A stretch of 57,954 bases of DNA, from the IMG/VR virus record IMGVR_UViG_3300029171_000007, positions 1-57,954 of that record; one strand, written 5' to 3'. The notes beneath the pieces were generated by a model. The model was not told where the DNA came from and made no database searches. It worked only from the letters and a program-made list of their open reading frames with translations. This DNA is from a virus (lineage: Duplodnaviria; Caudoviricetes). Shown here piece after piece: positions 9,660-18,438 of the stretch (positions within the stretch are counted from its first letter, which is position 1; each line of letters begins with the position of its first letter). A program made the position numbers and the translations under genes.

Positions 9660-10375
9660 TATAGCGAATTGAATTTGTCAAAAATATACTGGATTGCCTC
9701 GTGGTTCATGGCAAATCCCTGCTCGTCCTTCACACGCCTCACGGTGTCCACCACCATGTCCTTTGTGCTGGCCTTCAAAAGCTCCGTCCAGCTCGCCCAT
9801 TCGTTACCGCTCGCGGTGGGCTTTTGCGGCACCTCCTCTTTCTTCACCACCGGGGGAGGTGGCGGAGGCATTGGGCGTTCGCCTACCTTGTCGTCCTTCA
9901 CCTTCTCCATGATGCGGTTCGCCTCGCTCACAAAATCAAAATTGCCGAACCCCGACAACTCTATCTTCTGATTCATCCACTCGCCCCCAATCTTGAACGT
10001 CGTCACAAAATCCATCAGCCCTTGGCGCGTGATTTTCCCAAAGTCCGAATTGATCAGCAGCAACCTCTTCGCCGCCTCCTCCTTGTCCTTCGCTGCCACC
10101 TTCAAAAACGGCACGTCATAACTGTCGTTGAACGTGATGTCGTGCTTCGCATAAATCGACAACCTCTGATGCCCATCCATCGCGTACCACTCCCCACTCT
10201 CCTCGTCGAACCAAACAAACTCCGGCACGAACTTACCCTCGTCCTGCAAGGACTGTAGCAGCTTCTTTTCGGCTTGGGCGTCCATCCGCTTCAACTCGCC
10301 CTGCAAAGGCTTGACGGTGCGATAATCGAGCGTGACAAGCTCGTACTTCAATAGGTCTATTTTTTTGTTTCCCAT
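9659..10375 (-). CDS. ParB/Srx-like N-terminal domain protein
   Basis: DGHQRL motif, LLLINSDFG, Pro-rich linker. Likely start ATG 10375. Confidence 0.75.
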   Translation of the reverse strand: MGNKKIDLLKYELVTLDYRTVKPLQGELKRMDAQAEKKLLQSLQDEGKFVPEFVWFDEESGEWYAMDGHQRLSIYAKHDITFNDSYDVPFLKVAAKDKEEAAKRLLLINSDFGKITRQGLMDFVTTFKIGGEWMNQKIELSGFGNFDFVSEANRIMEKVKDDKVGERPMPPPPPPVVKKEEVPQKPTASGNEWASWTELLKASTKDMVVDTVRRVKDEQGFAMNHEAIQYIFDKFNSL

Positions 10376-10529
10376 GGCGCGTTTGTGTGGCCACAAAGAT
10401 ATATTTCATATCTGCTTTTTGTGCATACAATGAAATTATTTTTATTTCCAAAAGTAAAGTACCGAGGGGAAAAAACAAAAAATCCCCTATACTTGCATCA
10501 TATTCAATCACTAATCCAAATAAATACTT

Positions 10530-11159
10530 ATGGCAAAAAAGATGTGGCCGGGGAAACTCCCGCAAATTACCCGCGCTGAAGCACGCGCAGACGCGCTCAA
10601 ATACGGGCTGGACATCGACAAGGAAGAAATGGCCGTCGTGCTGTACCGTGGATATTTCCGCGACAGCATGGGCACGGTTGGAGCCAACGACTCCGATGTG
10701 TTCGACGATGCGGCCGTAGTCGCTACCAAGAAAAAGTACCTCACCGCAAACGCGAACACAGACCCTTACACTTCCAATCACCCCGATGGCAAACCCACGT
10801 TGAAAGCGGGCATTGTGTGGAGGGTGTACCGCTTTTCGCTCCACAAGGGCAAGTATATGGCGCTTTGCCAGCGTGGGGGAAATGTGACGGTGATACGTTC
10901 CAAGACCGGCAAAGAAGATACCGGGCTGTTTGGTATCAATTTTCACAAGGGCGGCCAGTTCCAAACGTCCAGCGAAGGGTGCCCTACGGTGTATGGCCCG
11001 CAGTATGATGCGCTGATGGGCGCGATGATCGAGGAAGCCAAGCGCATTTGGGGCGAGGAGTTGGTGAGCATTCCCGTGAAGGCTGGCGCGAAGCCCGTCT
11101 TTTTGCCCAAGTGGCAGACTGTGGACATACCCGTTTTGGTTATCGAAAAACAAGGATAA
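10530..11159 (+). CDS. Putative endolysin, L,D-transpeptidase (YkuD)-like Cys/His fold
   Basis: GINFHKGG-x4-SSEGC matches the H...SxGC catalytic signature. Standalone divergent gene with its own promoter and terminator. Confidence 0.55.
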   Translation: MAKKMWPGKLPQITRAEARADALKYGLDIDKEEMAVVLYRGYFRDSMGTVGANDSDVFDDAAVVATKKKYLTANANTDPYTSNHPDGKPTLKAGIVWRVYRFSLHKGKYMALCQRGGNVTVIRSKTGKEDTGLFGINFHKGGQFQTSSEGCPTVYGPQYDALMGAMIEEAKRIWGEELVSIPVKAGAKPVFLPKWQTVDIPVLVIEKQG

Positions 11160-11204
11160 GTCCGGGTATAAACCCGCCTCAAAAATCCGACAACGTGTAT
11201 AAAC

Positions 11205-11240
11205 AAAGCCCCGCTATCTTACGACGGCGGGGCTTTCTCT
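11205..11240. terminator. Bidirectional intrinsic terminator
   Basis: AAAGCCCCGC...GCGGGGCTTT between convergent genes. Confidence 0.8.
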
Positions 11241-11264
11241 CTTATTGCCCTAACTAATTAACTA

Positions 11265-13151
11265 TTATTCGTCATCATCTTCGTTGTCGTCATCGTCCTC
11301 TTGTTCCGTTTCTTCCAGCGAATCGGCATATCCCTCTGGCATGGTGGGTTCTTCTGGTGGGACGGGGACGGGGATTCTTGACGCTATGGATTCTTGAAGC
11401 TCTTGGGGCACCGGCAAGGTTTCAAAGATATAGTCGCGCACCGGTACGATGGAGAGGGGAGGATACCCGCAAGCGTTTGGAAGCATGCAAAGGCCTATTG
11501 CGGTTCTTGCCATTGCCTTGCTCAATACCTTATCGGGGGCAATAAGAACGGCTTCCCATGTAACCAGTGCATGATTGCGATTAAGCAACGTACGGGCCTT
11601 TGCCCGATTGTCAACCTCTGCCGCTAGCAAGTCAAGCGCATGTTCTGGTTTTTCGGAACCCTCAATATAGGATTTGGGAACCCATGTGGGAAGTTCTTGA
11701 AGCACGTCGGCCAAGAAGTCAACAGTATGTTCCGAAAATGACCAGTTGGCAGATTTGTAGAAAATGCAGAATGCCGCCGCTTTGGTACAAATTTCGCTAA
11801 TTACATAGTTTACACCAAAGCTTTCCGCGATGTCCCTCCAGTGGGTAAGGATAGCATTGCGCTCAATAGTGTCGCCACGTTGTTCCACCTCCCACCTGTA
11901 AGCGCGGGCCGCTTCATTGTAGATGGCCATTTCGCTCTCGTACTTCTGGAAGGAAAGCAAGCGTTTGCGTTCCTCTTTGGTCGGGCCGTCTTGCGCTGGT
12001 TCGTATTGCTCCTCTTCGATGGAAGCGAGTTCTTTTTGGATGGCTTCGAGCTTTGCCGCAGGGGCTTCCTTTGCTTCCGTTTCGGGGCAAGCCCAGACGA
12101 TATCAAAGACTTGAAGTGTGTCGTGCTCCAATGGCTCCCCGCTTGAGGTGGGCAAGATAAGCCCGGCGAGGTAAGGCCCTCCGGGGTTTGGGTCTGCCTG
12201 AGCGTAGCCCGCAAATGCGGTTCTGTGGAAGTTGGCGTCCGTGTACTGTTTGTCTGCAAGTGCCAGTTCCGTGATTTGCATGCTTGTGCCGTAACGAGTG
12301 GAGGCGATGAAGAAAGTCTTTTCCTGCCCGATGCTCTTGCAAAAGTCAAGGTAGTCGGCGATTTGTGTGGTAAGGAAGTGCGATTGCTTTTTGGCGAAGC
12401 ACGTCGCGTTGGAGCACATGGCGCCGTCCGATTCTTCAAAGTCGAAAAGGTTGTTTCCCGTTCCGGAGTTGTGGGGGCACTTGGAGCAGGCAATTTCGCC
12501 GGCATATTCAAGGCCACGGGGAAAGAACGCACCATCCAAGAACTTGAACATGTTTTTGATGTACGCCTTTACCCGTGTTGCGCTGTCGTAGTAGCGGCTG
12601 TCGTCGTCGATGGATCCGTTGATTGCTCTTTTGAGCACCTCCATCTGTTTCTCGTGGTCAACGGTGGCGAACAGGTTCGCTTGGGCAAGGTTGAGTTTGC
12701 CAGCAATGAACTCATTTTTCACGGTGTCGCAAAGGTTGTTGAGGGCGTGGCGCTGGCGAACAAATTTCTCGGTCTTGCCGATACGGTCCGCGATGTGCTT
12801 TGCGGTCAACTTGGGGCTTTTGTCCATCATGTTCTTGATGGCACGGGCTTCCTCCATCGGGTGGACGTCCTCGCGCTGGAGGTTTTCCACGAGCTGGATT
12901 TCGGCCACTTGCTCGTCTCCGTATTCCTGGACTATGCAAGTGATTTCTTTCCAAGCCAAAAGCTGGGCGGCCGCAAGGCGACGGGAACCGACCACACACT
13001 CATATTGGTCTTTGCCGACCATTCGGACGATGATGGGTTGGATAAGGCCCTGTTCTGCCATGCTCTCGGAAAGCTCCAGCACATTGGAGGAAGTTTGCCG
13101 TGGGTTGGTGTCCGAGGTCTTGATCTGTGATAACTTGATTGATTCGGTCAT
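11265..13151 (-). CDS. parB: Long ParB/RepB/Spo0J family protein
   Basis: NPRQ, GLIQPIIVR, GSRRLAAA, ENLQREDVHPMEEA, HTH, CxxC...CxxxxC cluster, acidic tail. Confidence 0.9.
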   Translation of the reverse strand: MTESIKLSQIKTSDTNPRQTSSNVLELSESMAEQGLIQPIIVRMVGKDQYECVVGSRRLAAAQLLAWKEITCIVQEYGDEQVAEIQLVENLQREDVHPMEEARAIKNMMDKSPKLTAKHIADRIGKTEKFVRQRHALNNLCDTVKNEFIAGKLNLAQANLFATVDHEKQMEVLKRAINGSIDDDSRYYDSATRVKAYIKNMFKFLDGAFFPRGLEYAGEIACSKCPHNSGTGNNLFDFEESDGAMCSNATCFAKKQSHFLTTQIADYLDFCKSIGQEKTFFIASTRYGTSMQITELALADKQYTDANFHRTAFAGYAQADPNPGGPYLAGLILPTSSGEPLEHDTLQVFDIVWACPETEAKEAPAAKLEAIQKELASIEEEQYEPAQDGPTKEERKRLLSFQKYESEMAIYNEAARAYRWEVEQRGDTIERNAILTHWRDIAESFGVNYVISEICTKAAAFCIFYKSANWSFSEHTVDFLADVLQELPTWVPKSYIEGSEKPEHALDLLAAEVDNRAKARTLLNRNHALVTWEAVLIAPDKVLSKAMARTAIGLCMLPNACGYPPLSIVPVRDYIFETLPVPQELQESIASRIPVPVPPEEPTMPEGYADSLEETEQEDDDDNEDDDE

Positions 13152-13168
13152 GGTGGTTGAAGTGGGGG

Positions 13169-13423
13169 TTATGGTTGTGATGGAAATGGATTATATTGCT
13201 CGTGAAACTGTTCTTCTGACAGTATGCGGATGGTGCCGTTCACAAATATGGCCCAGTCACCATATCTGCCATGATGTGCGGAGCCAAGGAAGAAGACTTT
13301 TTCGTTAAAGCCCGTCATTGTCTTGGCCAATTTGCGGACTTTTGTCTCGCATTCGGGGGTCTTCTCTACCTTTATGGCAGTGACCACCAAGGGAACGGTG
13401 ATGAATTTATTTGGCATCGTCAA
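13169..13423 (-). CDS. Hypothetical protein
   Basis: Short ORF with GDW...F...Y pattern common in phages. Confidence 0.55.
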   Translation of the reverse strand: MTMPNKFITVPLVVTAIKVEKTPECETKVRKLAKTMTGFNEKVFFLGSAHHGRYGDWAIFVNGTIRILSEEQFHEQYNPFPSQP

Positions 13424-14432
13424 GGAATGTAATTTGGATTAATCCACCTTCATTATATTTCTTCTCCTCAAAGTCAAAGCCGCTACCATAGTTGAGAACT
13501 TCTTTGTAGGTGAACAGGTGGATGGGCTCTCTTCCGTCTTCCACAAAGTAGTAAGATACCACTTCGCCAAACCTTGGCTTGGGAACGCTGCTCGGGGTGG
13601 CCCTAATAAACTGCCGCTTTTTCATGAACTCTATGAGCTCGTTTCGGTCGGCAAAGGTATAGCCATAGGGGGCAAGTGTTTCCACGAATTTTTCAAACAG
13701 CTTGGCTTCGCGAAACTCTGATATGTCGCTTTGCAGCTGCTTCATTTTATCAAGAAATGGAGCGGTAAGGAGCTGATATTCTTCAAATTTATGCTTTACA
13801 AATTCGACAGGCTCCGGGCTTCCATAACTCGGTGAGCCCTCATGAATGTGAGTGCCAATTGGGTGCTCCTTGTAAGACAAAATAGGTTCGGGGTTTTCTT
13901 TGTCGATGTCAACGCCTCCGGGCGCAAGGTGCTTTGCTTCCTCAATTTTGGCCTTCATTGCCCTGCGCCAAATCTCGTCACCAATTTTCTCGGTAATTTT
14001 CCGAAAGGCTTCACCAACATCTGAGCTAAGTTTGGCCGCGACTTCCGCATGGGTGGAAAAGTCTTCTGTGCTTTCCTTGGTGCCGTCCACGAAACGGAAG
14101 GCGTCCTTCCATTCGACCATCTTACGCTGGAGGCTGAGAAAGGTATCTTCCACGTTCTCCATGTCAATGGCCACAGCTCCTTTCGCTTTTGAGGCAGAAA
14201 GGCCATGGGTGAGCACGCTCAGGGCGTTCATGGCGTTGGACGCGGCCAAGATTAATTCATCTTTGACGTGCGGGTATTCGAGTTCGGCAATCTCGGAATA
14301 CCATTCATCTGGTACAGTGTCCTTTACTCCTTCAAACTGGGCGCGGATTATGGCCTCACGGATTTCGTCGGCTCTCTTCTGGCGCCAGAGGTGCTTTGGC
14401 GTAATGTCGAGGGGTGGTTTTTTCTTGCTCAT
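13407..14432 (-). CDS. Hypothetical protein
   Basis: 341-aa ORF in the operon. Confidence 0.7.
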   Translation of the reverse strand: MSKKKPPLDITPKHLWRQKRADEIREAIIRAQFEGVKDTVPDEWYSEIAELEYPHVKDELILAASNAMNALSVLTHGLSASKAKGAVAIDMENVEDTFLSLQRKMVEWKDAFRFVDGTKESTEDFSTHAEVAAKLSSDVGEAFRKITEKIGDEIWRRAMKAKIEEAKHLAPGGVDIDKENPEPILSYKEHPIGTHIHEGSPSYGSPEPVEFVKHKFEEYQLLTAPFLDKMKQLQSDISEFREAKLFEKFVETLAPYGYTFADRNELIEFMKKRQFIRATPSSVPKPRFGEVVSYYFVEDGREPIHLFTYKEVLNYGSGFDFEEKKYNEGGLIQITFLDDAK

Positions 14433-14667
14433 GGTTTAATTGATTGAATTTTTTTAAGCATTTAGGGCAGTTAGCTTTTTCTTTCTCGCATTCATCCCAT
14501 CCATATCCTCGATAACCTGGTTGAGTACTGCAAAGAGCTTTTGAAAAGTCGGGCCCCGCAGTTGTTGAAGGACGCTGTGGAATTAAATGAACCAGAGGGC
14601 CTTGGTCACGATGGGCGCCATTGAAACATCTTCCCCCTTTTCTTGCCGAGATATAATTCATAATCAA
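14356..14667 (-). CDS. Hypothetical Cys-containing protein
   Basis: H...ALC...CPKC putative Zn site. Confidence 0.55.
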   Translation of the reverse strand: MIMNYISARKGGRCFNGAHRDQGPLVHLIPQRPSTTAGPDFSKALCSTQPGYRGYGWDECEKEKANCPKCLKKFNQLNHEQEKTTPRHYAKAPLAPEESRRNP

Positions 14668-14861
14668 AGATTGTCGTGGTTAGGCAGTTGAGGGATAGGT
14701 TTTAGCTCTTCAAGTTTTCTTATAAGCACAGGGGGAATAACTAACTGAAATGGCATACGACACGAACGGCACAAGTATTCTAGCCGTTTGGGCACAGGGC
14801 CTTGTTCCTCTTCGATTTTATGATTTTCACCGCAAAATTGGCAATTGAAGTCGAAAGTCAT
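14664..14861 (-). CDS. Small zinc-ribbon protein
   Basis: CQFC...CRSC; promoter and TCAACCAC upstream. Confidence 0.6.
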   Translation of the reverse strand: MTFDFNCQFCGENHKIEEEQGPVPKRLEYLCRSCRMPFQLVIPPVLIRKLEELKPIPQLPNHDNL

Positions 14862-14878
14862 GTGTGGTTGATTAATTT

Positions 14879-14893
14879 ATTGCAAAGATAATA
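14879..14893 (-). promoter_or_regulatory. Bacteroidota-type -7 promoter box (TATTATCTTTGCAA)
   Basis: Matches TAnnTTTG. Near-identical copies at about 21865, 24233, 25548, 30016, 31668 (minus) and 53763, 55169 (plus). Confidence 0.75.
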
Positions 14894-14921
14894 TGCAAAG
14901 TTTAAACCACCAAATTTATTT

Positions 14922-15200
14922 TCACTTTAGTGGTTCGAATTTCTGATTAATCTCCGCATTGGTGTAGCTTCTCACGGGCTTTCCATCCACATTAGAGAAC
15001 CAAATCCAAGAGTCGGTTGGCACAATCAAGTCAGTTGTCTTCTCTTTTGCATTGCCCTTGATGACAATGGAGCCAAAGTTGTCGGAGCATTCTATTCCTA
15101 TTTTCTTTAGCCGGTTATGGATGTACCCATACGATTGATCTGTGCCCGTCCAGCGGATGCAAGTGATGACGGCCCCGGTTGATTTGTGTTTGAATTTCAT
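14922..15200 (-). CDS. Hypothetical protein
   Basis: 92-aa ORF. Confidence 0.6.
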   Translation of the reverse strand: MKFKHKSTGAVITCIRWTGTDQSYGYIHNRLKKIGIECSDNFGSIVIKGNAKEKTTDLIVPTDSWIWFSNVDGKPVRSYTNAEINQKFEPLK

Positions 15201-15207
15201 GGTAGGA

Positions 15208-15750
15208 TTATGGTTCGATGATTAAAATATTGTGGATGGCGAACATGAGTTTCTTTTTCAATCTATAAACGTCGGTGATAAAACCTTTTGTGTCAAAGTG
15301 GTCAACGTGGCCATCTTCGTAGGTCACGCGAAAATCAAGGTCGTACCGGCATATCTCAACGCCGTTGATGGCCAGTTTGTACGGTACCTCGTTTTCCACC
15401 TTCACTACTCTTTCCTTTGGGTCTTTTGCGTGCATGAGTAGTTCCAGCCTTTTTGCGAACGCCACTTCCTTTATGGACTTGTACTTTCTTCCTTTGTACT
15501 CCGTGGCTACGTTCTTGTATTTGGTCATCGCCTTTTCGAGCTCCCGCAGGCGGGTGTATTCCTTCCCCTTGTACAAGGCCGGGTATATCCCTATGTCGTC
15601 GCCCAGGCTTTCCACCGCCACTCCCTTTCTCTCCGCCAGAAACGCTTTGAACTCCTTGAGGGTGTGGAACCCCGTTGGGTGGAATGGATGGTACTGAATC
15701 TTGGGTTTGGGCGTGGCTTTTTTGGCCTTGGGTATTTTGATTGGGGGCAT
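15208..15750 (-). CDS. DUF1064-family PD-(D/E)XK endonuclease
   Basis: KYKNVATEYKGRKYKSIKE, YDLDFRV, DTKGFITDVYRLKKKL. Start ATG 15750. Confidence 0.8.
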   Translation of the reverse strand: MPPIKIPKAKKATPKPKIQYHPFHPTGFHTLKEFKAFLAERKGVAVESLGDDIGIYPALYKGKEYTRLRELEKAMTKYKNVATEYKGRKYKSIKEVAFAKRLELLMHAKDPKERVVKVENEVPYKLAINGVEICRYDLDFRVTYEDGHVDHFDTKGFITDVYRLKKKLMFAIHNILIIEP

Positions 15751-16090
15751 TGGTGATGAGTGTTGAAGCGATGAATACAATGAAGAATATGCCCAGCCAT
15801 TCAAGCGCGAAGCACGTCCAGATGAGTAGGGTGGGGATGGGGGAAATGCCGAACCAAAACCACTCCGTCTTGCCTGAACCGTGCATCCTGGCATTGAGCG
15901 GGGAAAACACTTTGTGAATGGACTGTTCCCAGAAGTATGGAAAGAAAACCTTCACGGAACTGACAAGCACTACCCTACCCCGCAGGCTGTCGTCTATCAT
16001 TCGACGCCTAAACTTGGGGTTGTTGCTGATACCGACTTTGTAGCGGAACCAGTAACGGGTGGCCCCCATTACGTAGAGGTAACCGCGCAT
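15356..16090 (-). CDS. T5orf172/GIY-YIG-like domain protein with transmembrane segment
   Basis: GYLYVM...YKVGISNNPKFR...EQSIH...GKTEWF followed by a hydrophobic helix; tail overlaps the DUF1064 gene. Confidence 0.7.
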   Translation of the reverse strand: MRGYLYVMGATRYWFRYKVGISNNPKFRRRMIDDSLRGRVVLVSSVKVFFPYFWEQSIHKVFSPLNARMHGSGKTEWFWFGISPIPTLLIWTCFALEWLGIFFIVFIASTLITNAPNQNTQGQKSHAQTQDSVPSIPPNGVPHPQGVQSVSGGEKGSGGGKPGRRHRDIPGLVQGEGIHPPAGARKGDDQIQERSHGVQRKKVQVHKGSGVRKKAGTTHARKRPKGKSSEGGKRGTVQTGHQRR

Positions 16091-16512
16091 GACGTTGAGT
16101 TATTTCCTCCTTTCATCATTTCCAGGTACTCGGGCAACGGCATTTCGTCAATTGGGTTGAAAATGACCTGCACCTGTGGCGGTCTTGTTTTGTCCGGTTG
16201 AAACGAGGGGACCATATAAACGATTTTGCCTATGAGGATGCCGTCAAAATAGACCAGGCGAATGGGCCGCTTTGGCAAATCTGCCAGCGCAAACCTTGAC
16301 CAATCCTCCTCGGCTTGCTGTGCGCGGGGGATGATCAAGTCCAGCACCTGTTCCATCAGGGCCGCTTGCTCAAGGTTCATTTTTAGCATCGCTTCCTTTG
16401 GCAAAGAGGCGACCTCTTTCATGTCCTCTGGTCCATCGACCTCCGAGGACGTGAGTATGTAAATGCCGATGCAGCCAAACAAGGCGCAGGCCATTAGGAG
16501 TATCCAAAGCAT
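16069..16512 (-). CDS. Membrane-anchored hypothetical protein
   Basis: N-terminal hydrophobic helix. Confidence 0.6.
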   Translation of the reverse strand: MLWILLMACALFGCIGIYILTSSEVDGPEDMKEVASLPKEAMLKMNLEQAALMEQVLDLIIPRAQQAEEDWSRFALADLPKRPIRLVYFDGILIGKIVYMVPSFQPDKTRPPQVQVIFNPIDEMPLPEYLEMMKGGNNSTSCAVTST

Positions 16513-16514
16513 GG

Positions 16515-17273
16515 TTATTGTGGATTTGGGGTGACGATTTCAAATTTGATGTTGTCGGGGCGTGGGTGCCTTTCATGATGGGCGTGGCCGGACTCCGTAT
16601 AGTTGCGCGGCACGGACATCTGATGTCTTGCAACGTGGAAGAACTCCAAGAAAAATGGATAAATATCTTTGCCTGGTAGTTCGTTTTCGCGGCAAATCCC
16701 TACGTTGCCATTGTGGCACCTGTAAATGTGACCGGCTTCCATTTTTAGGCCATCTGGCACATCCCAATCGGGCTGCTCGTCGCTGGCGTCTTCTGTCTGT
16801 GAATCGTTGGCGGGGGCCTTTTTCACTATTGTTTCAAACTTATGGGCTAGATCGGCCATCACGGTTGACAAGCTAAGATGCCCTTTCATCTCTGAGCTAA
16901 AGCGCCCCACGGAGATAAACCCGTATTTATTGGCTCCAAGGTCGCAAATCACGCCGTTCAAGCACGGCCCTTCCTCGTGAGCAAAGTAAACCACTTTGTG
17001 TTCGGGATGAAAGGGAAAACCGTAAGTCTTTAGTTCCTCCAAATCGACACCAAACTCGGTGGTTTTATTGATGGCATACCAAACCGACGACATCATTTGT
17101 TCCATGCTCTGTGCTTGGAGCATGAAGCTTTCATTTGGCAAACTGTTTGGGCAAAAGTCCTTGAGCGGGTGGGGCCTGCGGAACTTCTCTTTACACCACT
17201 TGTAAAAGAAATAAATTGCCATCCCGACTAGAACGGCTGAAACGATGGCTTGAGGGGTAATTACGATTTGCAT
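16515..17273 (-). CDS. Membrane-anchored hypothetical protein
   Basis: N-terminal TM helix, 252 aa. Confidence 0.65.
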   Translation of the reverse strand: MQIVITPQAIVSAVLVGMAIYFFYKWCKEKFRRPHPLKDFCPNSLPNESFMLQAQSMEQMMSSVWYAINKTTEFGVDLEELKTYGFPFHPEHKVVYFAHEEGPCLNGVICDLGANKYGFISVGRFSSEMKGHLSLSTVMADLAHKFETIVKKAPANDSQTEDASDEQPDWDVPDGLKMEAGHIYRCHNGNVGICRENELPGKDIYPFFLEFFHVARHQMSVPRNYTESGHAHHERHPRPDNIKFEIVTPNPQ

Positions 17274-17297
17274 GGTTGAACGTATTTTGATGATAAA

Positions 17298-17501
17298 TTA
17301 AAATCCTATATCTGAATCTCTATTGGGTTGTGTTGTCGGCCTGCCCCACTTGTCTTTTCGTGGGGGTGCAGGCGGAGGGTTTTCCATTCTTATTTCAGAA
17401 AGGAGAATCTTTTTCTTTTCGCGCCTGGCTTTCACCCAGTCCCCAAGTTTGGAGAGGGCAAGGTAAAGAATCAGCGGGATGGCGATGTATAGTAGTTTCA
17501 T
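17298..17501 (-). CDS. Small membrane protein
   Basis: N-terminal TM helix; ATGA overlap. Confidence 0.55.
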   Translation of the reverse strand: MKLLYIAIPLILYLALSKLGDWVKARREKKKILLSEIRMENPPPAPPRKDKWGRPTTQPNRDSDIGF

Positions 17502-17884
17502 TGTGGAAAGATTTCTGTAATATTAATTGAACACCGGCCCCGATGCGATATTTCGCACTGACCATTCTCTAAGTCGGATATCAAATCCATACAACTGGAT
17601 TTGTCAAAGTAGTCGGTATCGTTGAATACCATGTTTGATTTGCCCCTGACGTTTTCATTAAAGTCAAGGATGGAATATACTGAAGAGAATTTTAGCACGT
17701 TCCAAGCCTCTGTAAAACTGGAATAAGCCCCGCTTTCAACCTGATATTTTACTAGGGCCGCGTCATGTCTCCTATTAATTGCACGGGACACAATTGCGTA
17801 TCTCAAAGAAATGGCCATGACTTTAAACGGCTTTGTGTCTTCATCGAAAGTTACCCATTTCCCTACTTCTAATACATTTTTCAT
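17498..17884 (-). CDS. Hypothetical protein
   Basis: 128-aa ORF. Confidence 0.65.
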   Translation of the reverse strand: MKNVLEVGKWVTFDEDTKPFKVMAISLRYAIVSRAINRRHDAALVKYQVESGAYSSFTEAWNVLKFSSVYSILDFNENVRGKSNMVFNDTDYFDKSSCMDLISDLENGQCEISHRGRCSINITEIFPQ

Positions 17885-17915
17885 ACAATATGATTTTAAA
17901 TTGAATCAATCTTTT

Positions 17916-18206
17916 TTATACCTTCTTGCCGCTAAGTATTCTGCGTACATAGTACCTAACTTTTTTCTTCTCTCTATCTGCTCTCATTGCACTTGCAAGT
18001 TCTGCCAGTGCTTGCCTTGTCTCTATTTCATTGTTTTCCTCGTCGGCCCCATCAACATTTGCTTCAATGAAGTCAAGTGCCGCATCAATGGCATTTATAT
18101 ATTTATCTTTTATGTGCATAGCCAGTTGTTTATTGTTGGTAAATAATGTGCAGATACACTTACTCGTGTTCGGCTTTTTTGAATCGAAAACCTCTTGTTT
18201 GTTCAT
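17916..18206 (-). CDS. Hypothetical protein (start may be 18119)
   Basis: Helical ORF in the operon. Confidence 0.5.
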   Translation of the reverse strand: MNKQEVFDSKKPNTSKCICTLFTNNKQLAMHIKDKYINAIDAALDFIEANVDGADEENNEIETRQALAELASAMRADREKKKVRYYVRRILSGKKV

Positions 18207-18438
18207 AATTGCTCATTTCGGCAGCAATAAACTTTTCAATATCCCTCATGCAGGGCTCTGAAATAAGAGCATCTTTCTTTGGGAAGAAGCAGTATTTTCG
18301 CTCTGCTCCCTTCCACTTTACATCTCCAAGTTTGGCCTTTTCAAGGCCCCTCTTGTTTAAAATCCAAACACTCGTCTTTCCCGTGTTTGAGATGCAGTGC
18401 ACTTTGAAATGCTTGCTTTTGAAGTATTGGTTACTCAT
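18160..18438 (-). CDS. Hypothetical protein
   Basis: KTSVW...LGDVKW...RKYCFFP pattern. Confidence 0.6.
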   Translation of the reverse strand: MSNQYFKSKHFKVHCISNTGKTSVWILNKRGLEKAKLGDVKWKGAERKYCFFPKKDALISEPCMRDIEKFIAAEMSNYEQTRGFRFKKAEHE

